Assembly (NCBI RefSeq): GCF_902652985.1
Contig: NC_047019.1
Location: forward strand, 30,504,001 to 30,568,000
Direction of reading: 5' to 3'
DNA: 64,000 nt
Origin: Pecten maximus
Lineage: Eukaryota
In this document: one piece after another, positions 27,919 through 43,132 of the stretch
How the letters are laid out: each line of letters begins with the position of its first letter
Numbering within the stretch: position 1 is the stretch's first letter
Position numbers and translations under genes: made by a program
Notes under the pieces: model-generated
Told to the model about the DNA's origin: nothing
The model's database searches: none
Seen by the model: the letters and a program-made list of their open reading frames with translations, nothing else

Positions 27919-29133
27919 CAACATGTGGAGTATTAATTACTAACTATAGTTTGTTCTTTTGGGAAAAGTATAACCTAACACTGTAGCAGACTTCTGAATG
28001 GTAAATAATTATCACACTTATTTGTTGATAATTGGTCTAAACATGAGGTATTATATCAGAACAGCCCAGAGCCTAGCCACAGCGGTGGGTACAAAATCAA
28101 TCCCATTCCACATACATACCTTAAACTGTTACTGGCTCTGTCAGTATACTGGGAATGTACTCTAATGAGTCCTGAAGACTCCATCAACAAATGTTACCTT
28201 ATACTGGAGCTATTTAAGATTCTGAAGAGTGGAAATTAAAATCCAGGCTGATGTGCATATTTGACCGTGGCCAACACCATGTTGCTGACTCTGAATGGCT
28301 TTCTGATGTCAATTTTTACATTGAATTATTTAGACTTAAGATAGCAATTTTGACAGTCCAACACAAAAATTTGGAGCATTTTACCATTCCAGAACCTGTA
28401 TTTATCCCAAATTGTTGTTTTCAATGACAATACCACTTCATCAACAAGCTATGCCAATCAATACATGTAATGACTGTGGAATCAGATTTATAAAGATGCT
28501 TTCTGAGGAAATGTTTTTAAACCTTGAATTTCCTGTCTTTAACAGGAGTAATTACTATTGTTAATGATACCTGTTGATTTCCACATGACAAGTAACGTCC
28601 TCAAATCATCGCAGCAATGATGACATCATATGGCATTGAATATAACCGTGAATGCCAAAGGAATAAATATATTTTTAAATGCCATAAATACTAAAAAAGA
28701 TACCTAAATCATACAATTTAACAGTTACGTTGTTAAATATCTTTTAGTGTGGACTTAAAAGAACATATAGCTGTATAAAATCAATGAGGATCTCATAAGA
28801 CATACTTTTTACAGGATACCATTGTATAGCGACATCACTTTACCATTAACCAGTATATACATTGCAAACTGTCACCATCATTTTAAAGCTAGTCTGGCTA
28901 GCTGACTGGGGACCAGACCTCCCACTGTGGAATCTCACCAGTGGTTCAATGATTATGTATGTTTAACAGTCAATCAATTTGATAGGGATAATTAATTTTA
29001 TTACCAAGTCACTTGATTATTAATTTGACCTATTTTAAATTTCTTGCTCAATTTTATTCTGATAGGCATGTTTCCTGAAGATCATGATCAGGCTGATCAC
29101 CAGTTGGTATGAGCTAGTCTTTGAACATTGAAG

Positions 29134-30810
29134 CAAGGTAACAAAGCTATCAGAAGTCAACAAGGTCTATCAGTAATCATCAGGTGATGACATCAAGGTA
29201 ACAAGGTCTATCAGTAATCATCAGGTGATGACATCAAGGTAACAAGGTCTATCAGACGTCATCAGGTGATGACATCAAGGTAACAAGGTCTATCAGGTGA
29301 TGACATCAAGGTAACAAGGTCTATCAGGTGATGACATCAAGGTAACAAGGTCTATCAGGTGATGACATCAAGGTAACAAGGTCTATCAGGTGATGACATC
29401 AAGGTCACAAGGTCTATCAGTAATCATCAGGTGATGACATCAAGGTAACAAGGTCTATCAGTAATCATCAGGTGATGACATCAAGGTAACAAGGTCTATC
29501 AGACGTCATCAGGTGATGACATCAAGGTAACAAGGTCTATCAGGTGATGACATCAAGGTAACAAGGTCTATCAGGTGATGACATCAAGGTAACAAGGTCT
29601 ATCAGGTGATGACATCAAGGTCACAAGGTCTATCAGGTGATGACATCAAGGTCACAAGGTCTATCAGTAATCATCAGGTGATGACATCAAGGTCACAAGG
29701 TCTATCAGGTGATGACATCAAGGTCACAAGGTCTATCAGAAGTCATCAGGTGATGACATTAAGGTAACAAGGTCTATCAGAAGTCAACGAGGTCTAGCAG
29801 GTGATGACATCAAGATAACAAGGTCTATCAGGTGATGACATCAAGGTCACAAGGTCTATCAGTAATCATCAGGTGATGACATCAAGGTAACAAGGTCTAT
29901 CAGAAGTCAACGAGGTCTATCAGGTGATGACATCAAGGTCACAAGGTCTATCAGGTGATGACATCAAGGTCACAAGGACTATCAGTAATCATCAGGTGAT
30001 GACATCAAGGTAACAAGGTCTAGCAGGTGATGACATCAAGGTAACAAGGTCTATCAGGTGATGACATCAAAGGTAACAAGGTCTACAGGTGATGACATCA
30101 AGGTAACAAGGTCTTTCAGTAATCATCAGGTGATGACATCAAGGTAACAAGGTCTATCAGAAGTCAATAGGTGATGACATCAAGGTAACAAGGTCTATCA
30201 GGTGATGACATCAAGGTAACAAGGTCTATCAGGTGATGACATCAAGGTGATGACATCAAGGTAACAAGGTCTATCAGGTGATGACATTAAGGTAACAAGG
30301 TCTATCAGGTGATGACATCAAGGTAACAAGGTCTATCAGGTGATGACATCAAGGTGATGACATCAAGGTAACAAGGTCTATCAGGTGATGACATTAAGGT
30401 AACAAGGTCTATCAGGTGATGACATCAAGGTAACAAGGTCTATCAGGTGATGACATCAAGGTAACAAGGTCTATCAGGTGATGACATCAAGGTAACAAGG
30501 TCTATCAGAAGTCATCAGGTGATGACATTAAGGTAACAAGGTCTATCAGACGTCATCAGGTGATGACAACAAGGTCTATCAGGTGATGACATCAAAGTAA
30601 CAAGGTCTATCAGAAGTCATCAGGTGATGACATCAAGGTAACAAGGTCTATCAGAAGTCATCAGGTGATGACATCAAGGTAACAAGGTCTATCAGGTGAT
30701 GACATCAAGGTGATGACATCAAGGTCACAAGGTCTATCAGGTGATGACATCAAGGTAACAAGGTCCATCAGGTGATGACATCAAGGTAACAAGGTCTATC
30801 AGAAGTCATC
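29134..30810. repeat. Modular 31/41-bp minisatellite (ATCAGGTGATGACATCAAGGTAACAAGGTCT with optional 10-bp module)
   Basis: Visible; optional ATCAGTAATC/ATCAGAAGTC/ATCAGACGTC module and 14-bp sub-duplications. Confidence 0.97.
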
Positions 30811-33204
30811 ACTGATAATCTTACAAATCCTATCATTGTTATCAACATTGATAACCTTACAAATCCTATCATTATTATCACCACTGATAACCATTCGTCT
30901 TGCTACTCCTATTGGCGTTAATTGTTTCATTTATTTACATAGGAGCTATGGATAAATGAAATGCTTGTTTCTGTTGTAAAGGCTGTGTATTACCTCACCT
31001 GTCAGAGAGAAAAATCCGGAATCATTAGTGCTCACAGGTGTTTAATGAGCCCATGATATTCAGCTTGTAGGACCTGATTAATTTGAGAAATCCGTTTGAA
31101 TTGACTGGGAGGTTGTTATCAAGTTTTCATGTCAATTCTGGTTCCCCATTGTCTACATCGTTCCAAAAACAGACAAACAAATCAGCACATTTATGTTTAA
31201 TTTCTTTAAATAAGCAATTTTGATGCATCAAATTGAAGCATTTGCATGACTTTCTTTCAAGAGAATATCACTTTTTAAATATAAATTGTTCTCCCAGTAC
31301 TCAGTTGGGCAAAATACCATTTATACAGAACCATGTCCTATCTGTAAATCCATCAAGATAACAAGAATACCATGAACAAATCCCGAAATCATTACACATC
31401 TGAGAGCAGCTCTCGATCCATCCAGGATTTAGCATTGTCACTACATTGTCACTATACTTCACTACAGCTGTTCATTTCTACCATGGAAAAAAATGTCCTT
31501 GATTGAAAAAGGATTTCTTCTTTTTTACTTACCATATCTACATAAGGGCGAAACATGAAAAGGGTTGGCTTATGGCTAGGCAATGAAAGTATCATCTTTA
31601 CTGAACTGCAACAGAAACGAGTGGGCTTATTACAAGGCATGGGCTAATATTTCTGGATAAATCTAGTATACTTAATGTACCCACTGTTTTAGATATAAGA
31701 CCTATATCCTGTTAAACATGTATCATCAGGCATTTATATAATGTCCCAATAATTATTATGTCATTACAACTTTGAAATTCCTACCACCTGCATCATAATT
31801 TCTATTTGTGCGCATAAATTACTCAACTTGAACTGTCGATGTCAAAATAACCATCACAAATGACAATACAATGTATATGCTTAACTTGCCAAACATGCCA
31901 GTATTAGTTGGACATAGGTCCCTATCATCACCACGGCAATAAACCAACATGCACCATTACCCAGCATGCACCATTACCCTCAGACATGAGAAGCTCATAA
32001 AGGCATGCCTCTACAAAGCCTCTACATGTCCCTTCCTTCCAACTTCCTGTCCATACTCCAACCCATCACTGATGTGCCCAGCAGATACAAATGTGCTGTG
32101 AAATGTATCCACTTTGTACCTCTATATCTCGATGTGAAGTCATCAATGACAGGGCTTGGAGAATAATGTGCGAGCGGTGGTGAGGGATGATAGATACAAT
32201 AAAAGGAGGTATGGAGAGTAAACGGGATTGTCTAATTGGTCTCTGTATCAGCTAGGACCAATATAAATAGTAATGCCTATATAATCTCACCAGATCCTGT
32301 GTGACGTGCCTGAACCACCAGAGACATCTCTGCTACCTACCAGCCATTTCTCCACCCATAAACCCAATCACAAACACAAAATACTTATTCCCAATTTATC
32401 TATTTATTTATAGTTATTTATGTTTTAGAATTATTCTATTTTTCTAATTAGACATGATATTTTCTTTATCTCCATGTAAAAGAAAGCACATTATATGCTT
32501 GGATCATTCTGCCACAGTCACAGGAACATCAGGAGCAATGTAGCCATTACAACACATTTCAAACAAGGCGCAAAGCAGGGAATGGATTTTAAATTACAGT
32601 GAAAGCAGTTCAAAATATATTAGACAAATTCAACATGGTCCCATAGAAACTTCAGGAAATTTACTCCTGTCAACATTTTATGAAAATGAATGGAAGCTGC
32701 AAACAATAAACTTCCCCTGACATAAATTTATCTCCCCTTGTTTGTGGAGCTAAGCATTACAATTTTATAAACTGGTGGTTATATCAATGCATCCATGGTT
32801 CAATCATGACAGTTTGCTTTCTGAATGCTTTACTTGAAACTTTCCACATGGCTAAGAGATCACACGCACTTCCATCAAAATTGAATAAGATATAATCTCA
32901 GGCCTTTCTTTGGTCCAGGACATAACTCATTTACACCACCAAACACTGGTGCTAATTGCCATGGTGAAAGTACAAAGAAAACCAAATTTGTCACAAGTAC
33001 TTGACACACAGATTATACTGCTGACATTTAATTCTGTGACATGTCTGTGTGGAATCAGGATCACTTACATAATATTGTCTGTGACATTCCAATATGTGTT
33101 TTGTCAGTATCAGAATTTGAAGTGAAAACGAAAGCATCAGTTTATAGACAGGTTCTTTTCGTATCTAAGGCAAAAGGGTTTCAAGATCTGAAAAATGGCT
33201 TCAA

Positions 33205-36200
33205 GTCAGATGTTATCTAAATTGTACGGTATGTATAATGCCAGAAAGAGTCTGGACGGTATAGTTTCTAAGGTTGGAGATATCCTGATTATATGTTATC
33301 TGAGGTTATATGAAGACTATGTTATCTATGGTTGGACAGTATACAGACTGTATGTTATCTATGGTTGGACAGTATACAGACTGTATGTTATCTATGGTTG
33401 GAGGGTATACAGACTGTATGTTATCTATGGGTGGAGGGTATACAGACTGTATGTTATCTATGGTTGGACAGTATTCAGACTGTATGTTATCTATGGTTGG
33501 GGGTATACAGACTGTATGTTATCTATGGTTGGAGAGTATACAGACTTTATGTTATCTATGGTTGGAGAGTATACAGACTGTATGTTATCTATGGTTGGAG
33601 GGTATCCAGACTGTATGGTATCTATGGTTGGAGGGTATACAGACTGTATGTTATCTATGGTTGGAGGGTATCCAGACTATGTTATCTATAGTTGGAGGGT
33701 ATACAGACTGTATATTATCTATGGTTGGAGGGTATCCAGATTGTATGTTATCTATGGTTGGAGGATATCCAGACTGTATGTTATCTATGGTTGGAGGGTA
33801 TCCAGACTGTATGATATCTATGGTTGGAGGGTATACAGACTGTATGTTATCTATGGTTGGAGGGTATACAGACTGTATGTTATCTATGGTTGGAGGGTAT
33901 ACAGACTGTATGTTATCTATGGTTGGAGGGTATACAGACTGTATGTTATCTATGGTTGGAGAGTATACAGACTGTATGTTATCTATGGTTGGAGAGTATA
34001 CAGACTGTATGTTATCTATGGTTGTAGGGTATACAGACTGTATGTTATCTATGGTTGGAGGGTATACAGACTGTATGTTATCTATGGTTGGAGGGTATCC
34101 AGACTGTATGTTATCTATGGTTGGGGGTATACAGTCTGTATGTTATCTATGGTTGGAGGGTATACAGACTCTATGTTATCTATGGTTGGACAGTATTCAG
34201 ACTGTATGTTATCTATGGTTGGAGGGTATACAGACTCTATGTTATCTATGGTTGGACAGTATACAGACTGTATGTTATCTATGGTTGGAGGGTATACAGA
34301 CTGTATGTTATCTATGGTTGGGGGGTATACAGACTGTATATTATCTATGGTTGGAGAGTATACAGACTGTATGTTATCTATGGTTGGAGGGTATACAGAC
34401 TCTATGTTAGCTATGGTTGGACAGTATTCAGACTGTATGTTATCTATGGTTGGAGGGTATCCAGACTGTATGATATCTATGGTTGGAGGGTATACAGACT
34501 GTATGTTATCTATGGTTGGAGGGTATACAGACTGTATGTTATCTATGGTTGGAGGGTATACAGACTGTATGTTATCTATGGTTGGAGGGTATACAGTCTG
34601 TATGTTATCTATGGTTGGAGGGTATACAGACTGTATGTTATCTATGGTTGGAGGGTATCCAGACTGTATGTTATCTATGGTTGGAGGGTATCCAGACTGT
34701 ATGTTATCTATGGTTGGAGGGTATACAGACTGTATGATATCTATGGTTGGAGGGTATCAAGACTGTATGTTATCTATGGTTGGAGGGTATCAAGACTGTA
34801 TGTTATCTATGGTTGGACAGTATACAGACTGTATGTTATCTATGGTTGGAGGGTATACAGACTGTATGTTATCTATGGTTGGAGGGCATACAGACTGTAT
34901 GTTATCTATGGTTGGAGGGTATACAGACTGTATGTTATCTATGGTTGGGGGGTATACAGACTGTATGTTATCTATGGTTGGAGAGTATACAGTCTGTATG
35001 TTATCTATGGTTGGAGGGTATACAGACTCTATGTTATCTATGGTTGGACAGTATTCAGACTCTATGTTATCTATGGTTGGAGGGTATACAGACTCTATGT
35101 TATCTATGGTTGGACAGTATACAGACTGTATGTTATCTATGGTTGGAGGGTATACAGACTGTATGTTATCTATGGTTGGGGGTATACAGACTGTATATTA
35201 TCTATGGTTGGAGAGTATACAGACTGTATGTTATCTATGGTTGGAGGGTATACAGACTCTATGTTATCTATGGTTGGACAGTATTCAGACTGTATGTTAT
35301 CTATGGTTGGAGGGTATCCAGACTGTATGATATCTATGGTTGGAGGGTATACAGACTGTATGTTATCTATGGTTGGAGAGTATACAGACTGTATGTTATC
35401 TATGGTTGGAGGGTATCCAGACTGTATGTTATCTATGGTTGGAGAGTATACAGACTGTATGTTATCTATGGTTGGAGGGTATACAGACTGTATGTTATCT
35501 ATGGTTGGAGGGTATACAGTCTGTATGTTATCTATGGTTGGAGGGTATACAGACTGTATGTTATCTATGGTTGGAGGGTATCCAGACTGTATGTTATCTA
35601 TGGTTGGAGAGTATACAGACTGTATGTTATCTATGGTTGGAGGGTATCCAGACTGTATGTTCTCTATGGTTGGAGAGTATCCAGACTGTATGTTATCTAT
35701 GGTTGGAGAGTATACAGACTGTATGTTCTCTATGGTTGGAGGGTATCCAGACTGTATGTTATCTATGGTTGGAGGGTATCCAGACTGTATGTTATCTATG
35801 GTTGGAGAGTATACAGACTGTATGTTATCTATGGTTGGAGGGTATCCAGACTGTATGTTATCTATGGTTGGAGGGTATCCAGACTGTATGTTATCTATGG
35901 TTGGAGGGTATACAGACTGTATGTTATCTATGGTTGGAGGGTATACAGTCTGTATGTTATCTATGGTTGGAGGGTATTCAGACTGTATGTTATCTATGGT
36001 TGGAGGGTATCCAGACTGTATGTTATCTATGGTTGGAGGGTATACAGACTGTATGTTATCTATGGTTGGAGGGTATACAGACTGTATGTTATCTAAGGTT
36101 GGAGGGTATACAGACTGTATGATATCTATGGTTGGAGGGTATCCAGACTGTATGTTATCTATGGTTGGAGGGTATACAGACTGTATGTTATCTATGGTTG

Positions 36201-39200
36201 GAGAGTATACAGACTGTATGTTATCTATGGTTGGAGGGTATACAGACTGTATGTTATCTATGGTTGGAGAGTATACAGACTGTATGTTATCTATGGTTGG
36301 AGAGTATACAGACTGTATGTTATCTATGGTTGGAGGGTATACAGACTGTATGTTATCTATGGTTGGAGGGTATACAGACTGTATGTTATCTATGGTTGGA
36401 GGGTATCCAGACTGTATGTTATCTATGGTTGGGGGTATACAGACTGTATGGTATCTATGGTTGGAGGGTATACAGACTGTATGTTATCTATGGTTGGAGG
36501 GTATACAGACTGTATGTTATCTATGGTTGGAGGGTATACAGACTGTATGTTATCTATGGTTGGAGAGTATACAGACTGTATGTTATCTATGGTTGGAGGG
36601 TATACAGACTGTATGTTATCTATGGTTGGAGAGTATACAGACTGTATGTTATCTATGGTTGGAGGGTATACAGACTGTATGTTATCTATGGTTGGAGAGT
36701 ATACAGACTGTATATTATCTATGGTTGGAGGGTATACAGACTGTATGTTATCTATGGTTGGACAGTATCCAGACTGTATGTTATCTATGGTTGGAGGGTA
36801 TACAGACTGTATGTTATCTATGGTTGGAGAGTATACAGACTGTATGTTATCTATGGTTGGAGGGTATACAGACTGTATGTTATCTATGGTTGGGGGGTAT
36901 ACAGACTGTATATTATCTATGGTTGGAGGGTATACAGACTGTATGTTATCTATGGTTGGAGGGTATACAGACTGTATGTTATCTATGGTTGGAGGGTATA
37001 CAGACTGTATGTTATCTATGGTTGGGGGGTATACAGACTGTATATTATCTATGGTTGGAGAGTATACAGACTGTATGTTATCTATGGTTGGAGGGTATAC
37101 AGACTGTATGCTATCTATGGTTGGAGAGTATACAGACTGTATGTTATCTATGGTTGGACAGTATACAGACTGTATGTTATCTATGGTTGGAGAGTATACA
37201 GACTGTATGTTATCTATGGTTGGAGGGTATCCAGACTGTATGTTCTCTATGGTTGGAGGGTATACAGACTGTATGTTATCTATGGTTGGGGGGTATACAG
37301 ACTGTATGTTATCTATGGTTGGAGGGTATACAGACTGTATGTTATCTATGGTTGGACAGTATCCAGACTGTATGATATCTATGGTTGGAGGGTATACAGA
37401 CTGTATGCTATCTATGGTTGGAGAGTATACAGACTGTATGTTATCTATGGTTGGAGGGTATACAGACTGTATGTTATCTATGGTTGGGGGGTATACAGAC
37501 TGTATATTATCTATGGTTGGAGGGTATACAGACTGTATGTTATCTATGGTTGGAGGGTATACAGACTGTATGTTATCTATGGTTGGAGGGTATACAGACT
37601 GTATGTTATCTATGGTTGGGGGATATACAGACTGTATATTATCTATGGTTGGAGAGTATACAGACTGTATGTTATCTATGGTTGGAGGGTATACAGACTG
37701 TATGCTATCTATGGTTGGAGAGTATACAGACTGTATGTTATCTATGGTTGGGGGTGTACAGACTGTATGCTATCTATGGTTGGAGGGTATACAGACTGTA
37801 TGCTATCTATGGTTGGAGAGTATACAGACTGTATGTTATCTATGGTTGGAGGGTATCCAGACTGTATGTTATCTATGGTTGGAGGGTATACAGACTGTAT
37901 GTTATCTATGGTTGGAGGGTATACAGACTGTATGTTATCTATGGTTGGAGAGTATCCAGACTGTATGTTATCTATGGTTGGAGGGTATACAGACTGTATG
38001 TTATCTATGGTTGGAGGGTATACAGACTGTATGTTATCTATGGTTGGAGAGTATACAGACTGTATGTTATCTATGGTTGGAGGGTATACAGACTGTATGT
38101 TATCTATGGTTGGAGGGAATACAGGCTGTATGTTATCTATGGTTGGAGGGAATACAGGCTGTATGTTATCTATGGTTGGAGGGTATACAGACTGTATGTT
38201 ATCTATGGTTGGGGGTATACAGACTGTATATTATCTATGGTTGGAGAGTATACAGACTGTATGTTATCTATGGTTGGAGGGTATACAGACTCTATGTTAT
38301 CTATGGTTGGACAGTATTCAGACTGTATGTTATCTATGGTTGGAGGGTATCCAGACTGTATGATATCTATGGTTGGAGGGTATACAGACTGTATGTTATC
38401 TATGGTTGGAGAGTATACAGACTGTATGTTATCTATGGTTGGAGGGTATCCAGACTGTATGTTATCTATGGTTGGAGAGTATACAGACTGTATGTTATCT
38501 ATGGTTGGAGGGTATACAGACTGTATGTTATCTATGGTTGGAGGGTATACAGTCTGTATGTTATCTATGGTTGGAGGGTATACAGACTGTATGTTATCTA
38601 TGGTTGGAGGGTATCCAGACTGTATGTTATCTATGGTTGGAGAGTATACAGACTGTATGTTATCTATGGTTGGAGGGTATCCAGACTGTATGTTCTCTAT
38701 GGTTGGAGAGTATCCAGACTGTATGTTATCTATGGTTGGAGAGTATACAGACTGTATGTTCTCTATGGTTGGAGGGTATCCAGACTGTATGTTATCTATG
38801 GTTGGAGGGTATCCAGACTGTATGTTATCTATGGTTGGAGAGTATACAGACTGTATGTTATCTATGGTTGGAGGGTATCCAGACTGTATGTTATCTATGG
38901 TTGGAGGGTATCCAGACTGTATGTTATCTATGGTTGGAGGGTATACAGACTGTATGTTATCTATGGTTGGAGGGTATACAGTCTGTATGTTATCTATGGT
39001 TGGAGGGTATTCAGACTGTATGTTATCTATGGTTGGAGGGTATCCAGACTGTATGTTATCTATGGTTGGAGGGTATACAGACTGTATGTTATCTATGGTT
39101 GGAGGGTATACAGACTGTATGTTATCTAAGGTTGGAGGGTATACAGACTGTATGATATCTATGGTTGGAGGGTATCCAGACTGTATGTTATCTATGGTTG

Positions 39201-41958
39201 GAGGGTATACAGACTGTATGTTATCTATGGTTGGAGAGTATACAGACTGTATGTTATCTATGGTTGGAGGGTATACAGACTGTATGTTATCTATGGTTGG
39301 AGAGTATACAGACTGTATGTTATCTATGGTTGGAGAGTATACAGACTGTATGTTATCTATGGTTGTAGGGTATACAGACTGTATGTTATCTATGGTTGGA
39401 GGGTATACAGACTGTATGTTATCTATGGTTGGAGGGTATCCAGACTGTATGTTATCTATGGTTGGGGGTATACAGACTGTATGGTATCTATGGTTGGAGG
39501 GTATACAGACTGTATGTTATCTATGGTTGGAGGGTATACAGACTGTATGTTATCTATGGTTGGAGGGTATACAGACTGTATGTTATCTATGGTTGGAGAG
39601 TATACAGACTGTATGTTATCTATGGTTGTAGGGTATACAGACTGTATGTTATCTATGGTTGGAGAGTATACAGACTGTATGTTATCTATGGTTGGAGGGT
39701 ATACAGACTGTATGTTATCTATGGTTGGAGAGTATACAGACTGTATATTATCTATGGTTGGAGGGTATACAGACTGTATGTTATCTATGGTTGGACAGTA
39801 TCCAGACTGTATGTTATCTATGGTTGGAGGGTATTCAGACTGTATGTTATCTATGGTTGGAGAGTATACAGACTGTATGTTATCTATGGTTGGAGGGTAT
39901 ACAGACTGTATGTTATCTATGGTTGGGGGGTATACAGACTGTATATTATCTATGGTTGGAGGGTATACAGACTGTATGTTATCTATGGTTGGAGGGTATA
40001 CAGACTGTATGTTATCTATGGTTGGAGGGTATACAGACTGTATGTTATCTATGGTTGGGGGGTATACAGACTGTATATTATCTATGGTTGGAGAGTATAC
40101 AGACTGTATGTTATCTATGGTTGGAGGGTATACAGACTGTATGCTATCTATGGTTGGAGAGTATACAGACTGTATGTTATCTATGGTTGGACAGTATACA
40201 GACTGTATGTTATCTATGGTTGGAGAGTATACAGACTGTATGTTATCTATGGTTGGAGGGTATCCAGACTGTATGTTCTCTATGGTTGGAGGGTATACAG
40301 ACTGTATGTTATCTATGGTTGGGGGGTATACAGACTGTATGTTATCTATGGTTGGAGGGTATACAGACTGTATGTTATCTATGGTTGGACAGTATCCAGA
40401 CTGTATGATATCTATGGTTGGAGGGTATACAGACTGTATGCTATCTATGGTTGGAGAGTATACAGACTGTATGTTATCTATGGTTGGAGGGTATACAGAC
40501 TGTATGTTATCTATGGTTGGGGGGTATACAGACTGTATGTTATCTATGGTTGGAGGGTATACAGACTGTATGTTATCTATGGTTGGAGGGTATACAGACT
40601 GTATGTTATCTATGGTTGGAGGGTATACAGACTGTATGTTATCTATGGTTGGGGGATATACAGACTGTATATTATCTATGGTTGGAGAGTATACAGACTG
40701 TATGTTATCTATGGTTGGAGGGTATACAGACTGTATGCTATCTATGGTTGGAGAGTATACAGACTGTATGTTATCTATGGTTGGGGGTGTACAGACTGTA
40801 TGCTATCTATGGTTGGAGGGTATACAGACTGTATGCTATCTATGGTTGGAGAGTATACAGACTGTATGTTATCTATGGTTGGAGGGTATCCAGACTGTAT
40901 GTTATCTATGGTTGGAGGGTATACAGACTGTATGTTATCTATGGTTGGAGGGTATACAGACTGTATGTTATCTATGGTTGGAGAGTATCCAGACTGTATG
41001 TTATCTATGGTTGGAGGGTATACAGACTGTATGTTATCTATGGTTGGAGGGTATACAGACTGTATGTTATCTATGGTTGGAGAGTATACAGACTGTATGT
41101 TATCTATGGTTGGAGGGTATACAGACTGTATGTTATCTATGGTTGGAGGGAATACAGGCTGTATGTTATCTATGGTTGGAGGGAATACAGGCTGTATGTT
41201 ATCTATGGTTGGAGAGTATACAGACTGAATGTTAACTATGGTTGGAGGGTATACAGACTATGTTATCTAAGGTTGGAAGGTATACAGACTGTATGTTATC
41301 TATGGTTGGAGGGTATACAGATTGTATGTTATCTATGGTTGGAGGGAATACAGACTGTATGTTATCTATGGTTGGAGAGTATCCAAACTGTATGTTATCT
41401 ATGGTTGGAGAGTATACAGACTGTATGTTATCTATGGTTGGAGAGTATACAGACTGTATGTTATCTAAGGTTGGAGAGTATCCAGACTGTATGTTATCTA
41501 TGGTTGGAGAGTATACAGACTGTATGTTATCTATGGTTGGAGGGTATACAGACTGTATGTTATCTATGGTTGGAGGGTATACAGACTGTATGTTATCTAT
41601 GGTTGGAGAGTATCCAGACTGTATGTTATCTATGGTTGGAGGGTATACAGACTGTATGTTATCTATGGTTGGAGGGTATACAGACTGTATGTTATCTATG
41701 GTTGGAGGGTATACAGACTGTATGTTATCTATGGTTGGAGGGTATACAGACTGTATGTTATCTATGGTTGGAGAGTATACAGACTGTATGTTATCTATGA
41801 TTGGAGGGTATACAGACTGTATGTTATCTATGGTTGGAGGGTATACAGACTGTATGTTATCTATGGTTGGAGGGAATACAGGCTGTATGTTATCTATGGT
41901 TGGAGAGTATACAGACTGAATGTTAACTATGGTTGGAGAGTATACAGACTGTATGGTA
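33205..41958. repeat. 33-bp satellite, ~260 copies (TATGTTATCTATGGTTGGAGGGTATACAGACTG), with 3033-bp higher-order duplication
   Basis: Visible; largely stop-free in all three + frames; identical ORF pairs offset by 3033 bp. Confidence 0.99.
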
Positions 41959-42163
41959 TTCTAAAGTATCAAGGGTCTGTGGATTTCACAAGATGGAAAC
42001 TAGTATTGGCGGGTATCCACAGTTAGGGGGGAGGGGTATCCTGTGTCTATAAGCAATTCTTGCCAATCAATATTTCATTGCTTATCTGACATCTGATTTG
42101 AGTGGCCAGTCGTCTGTGACTAAAGTTTGTCAAGGGAGCTATGATAACAGTGAGAGCTCAGCT

Positions 42164-42559
42164 TTAAGGAGACTTATAACCCTGAGGATTGATCTGAAAC
42201 AAACAAAATTCTAGCATTGTATTTTGAGAAAAGAAACAAGAATGAGCCAGAAAAAAAGTTTCTAAATGATTAAACTGGAAGTTGTCTGCAGATGGTTGAT
42301 TCCCCATGAGAATATGTCTATGTATGTTTTGCGTAACTGCAAAATTGGCAAGGTGGTCATTTACACTTTCGACAAATTCTGATTTATCACTGGGACAATT
42401 CAATATATCCTCCTGGGCTTTAACTACCTTTTCCCTGCCTGGTACGACGACAATGTTGTTGTACCCAGGATGGACATCCTTATATAAAGGAAAGGGCAGA
42501 TTGTCTTCCCAGACATTTGGGCTAAACCGGTAACTCCCAGAATACATCTGTCTCCCCAA
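42164..42559 (-). CDS. Non-repetitive 131-codon open frame; possible coding exon or gene/TE fragment, product unknown
   Basis: Longest ORF outside tandem repeats, protein-like composition; no recognised domain or convincing splice sites. Confidence 0.25.
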   Translation of the reverse strand: MGRQMYSGSYRFSPNVWEDNLPFPLYKDVHPGYNNIVVVPGREKVVKAQEDILNCPSDKSEFVESVNDHLANFAVTQNIHRHILMGNQPSADNFQFNHLETFFLAHSCFFSQNTMLEFCLFQINPQGYKSP

Positions 42560-43132
42560 CTTAGGATATAACTAGGTTACCATGACAGTCCAATCTACGC
42601 CTCACATACCAATACCCAATAATCATGTTTGCTTAACATCTTGAATTTGTATGGAAATAACATAGCACGATTTGTTAGTTTTTATGTCGCTTTTGAAGTC
42701 ACAAGATTCCTCTACTGTTTATATCAACAACCAAGAAATCCGTTGATATTTTTTCGACAGAATCGAAGTCAATATGTTCTTTTCAATATCGAATTGAATG
42801 GCAGCCTAGAGAGATCCTCTTAAACGGAAGAATGTTTGTTTATTTGTTTGTTTGCTGTGCTTTTCACCCTGTGAACTTCCAGGGTCATTTTGAGGAGGGG
42901 TCTCCTTGTAGTAGTTGGTGACTATGGAAGGCCTGAGCCATCCAGGGCAATTAGGATTAACAGTCTAACCCAAGGACACAACCACAAGAACACAGACTGG
43001 CCAATTTCTCAGCTTCTGCCAAACAAAAACTGGCACAGGTAGGGAGCGTCCATCCACACATCTCCGATCTTCACAATTTATAATATACAGTTGATGCTAT
43101 TCCTGACTAGGTTAACATTGAGGGTAGTAGTT

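Noticed and set aside
29134-30810. CRISPR-like repeat/spacer appearance
   Set aside because: Inserts are 10 bp and recur; no unique spacers, no cas genes, eukaryotic context. No array in the window has unique spacers.
33195-41919. ORFs up to 1106 aa (YGWRVYRLYVI, MVGGYTDCMLS, WLEGIQTVCYL repeats)
   Set aside because: All three frames are open and interconvert at 1-bp deletions; no sign of frame selection.
42182-42205. CTGAGGA...GAAAC hammerhead-like boxes
   Set aside because: No stem II between the boxes and no stem III; other CTGATGA hits (~10685, ~12302, ~45474, ~50613) also lack a stem plus GAAA.
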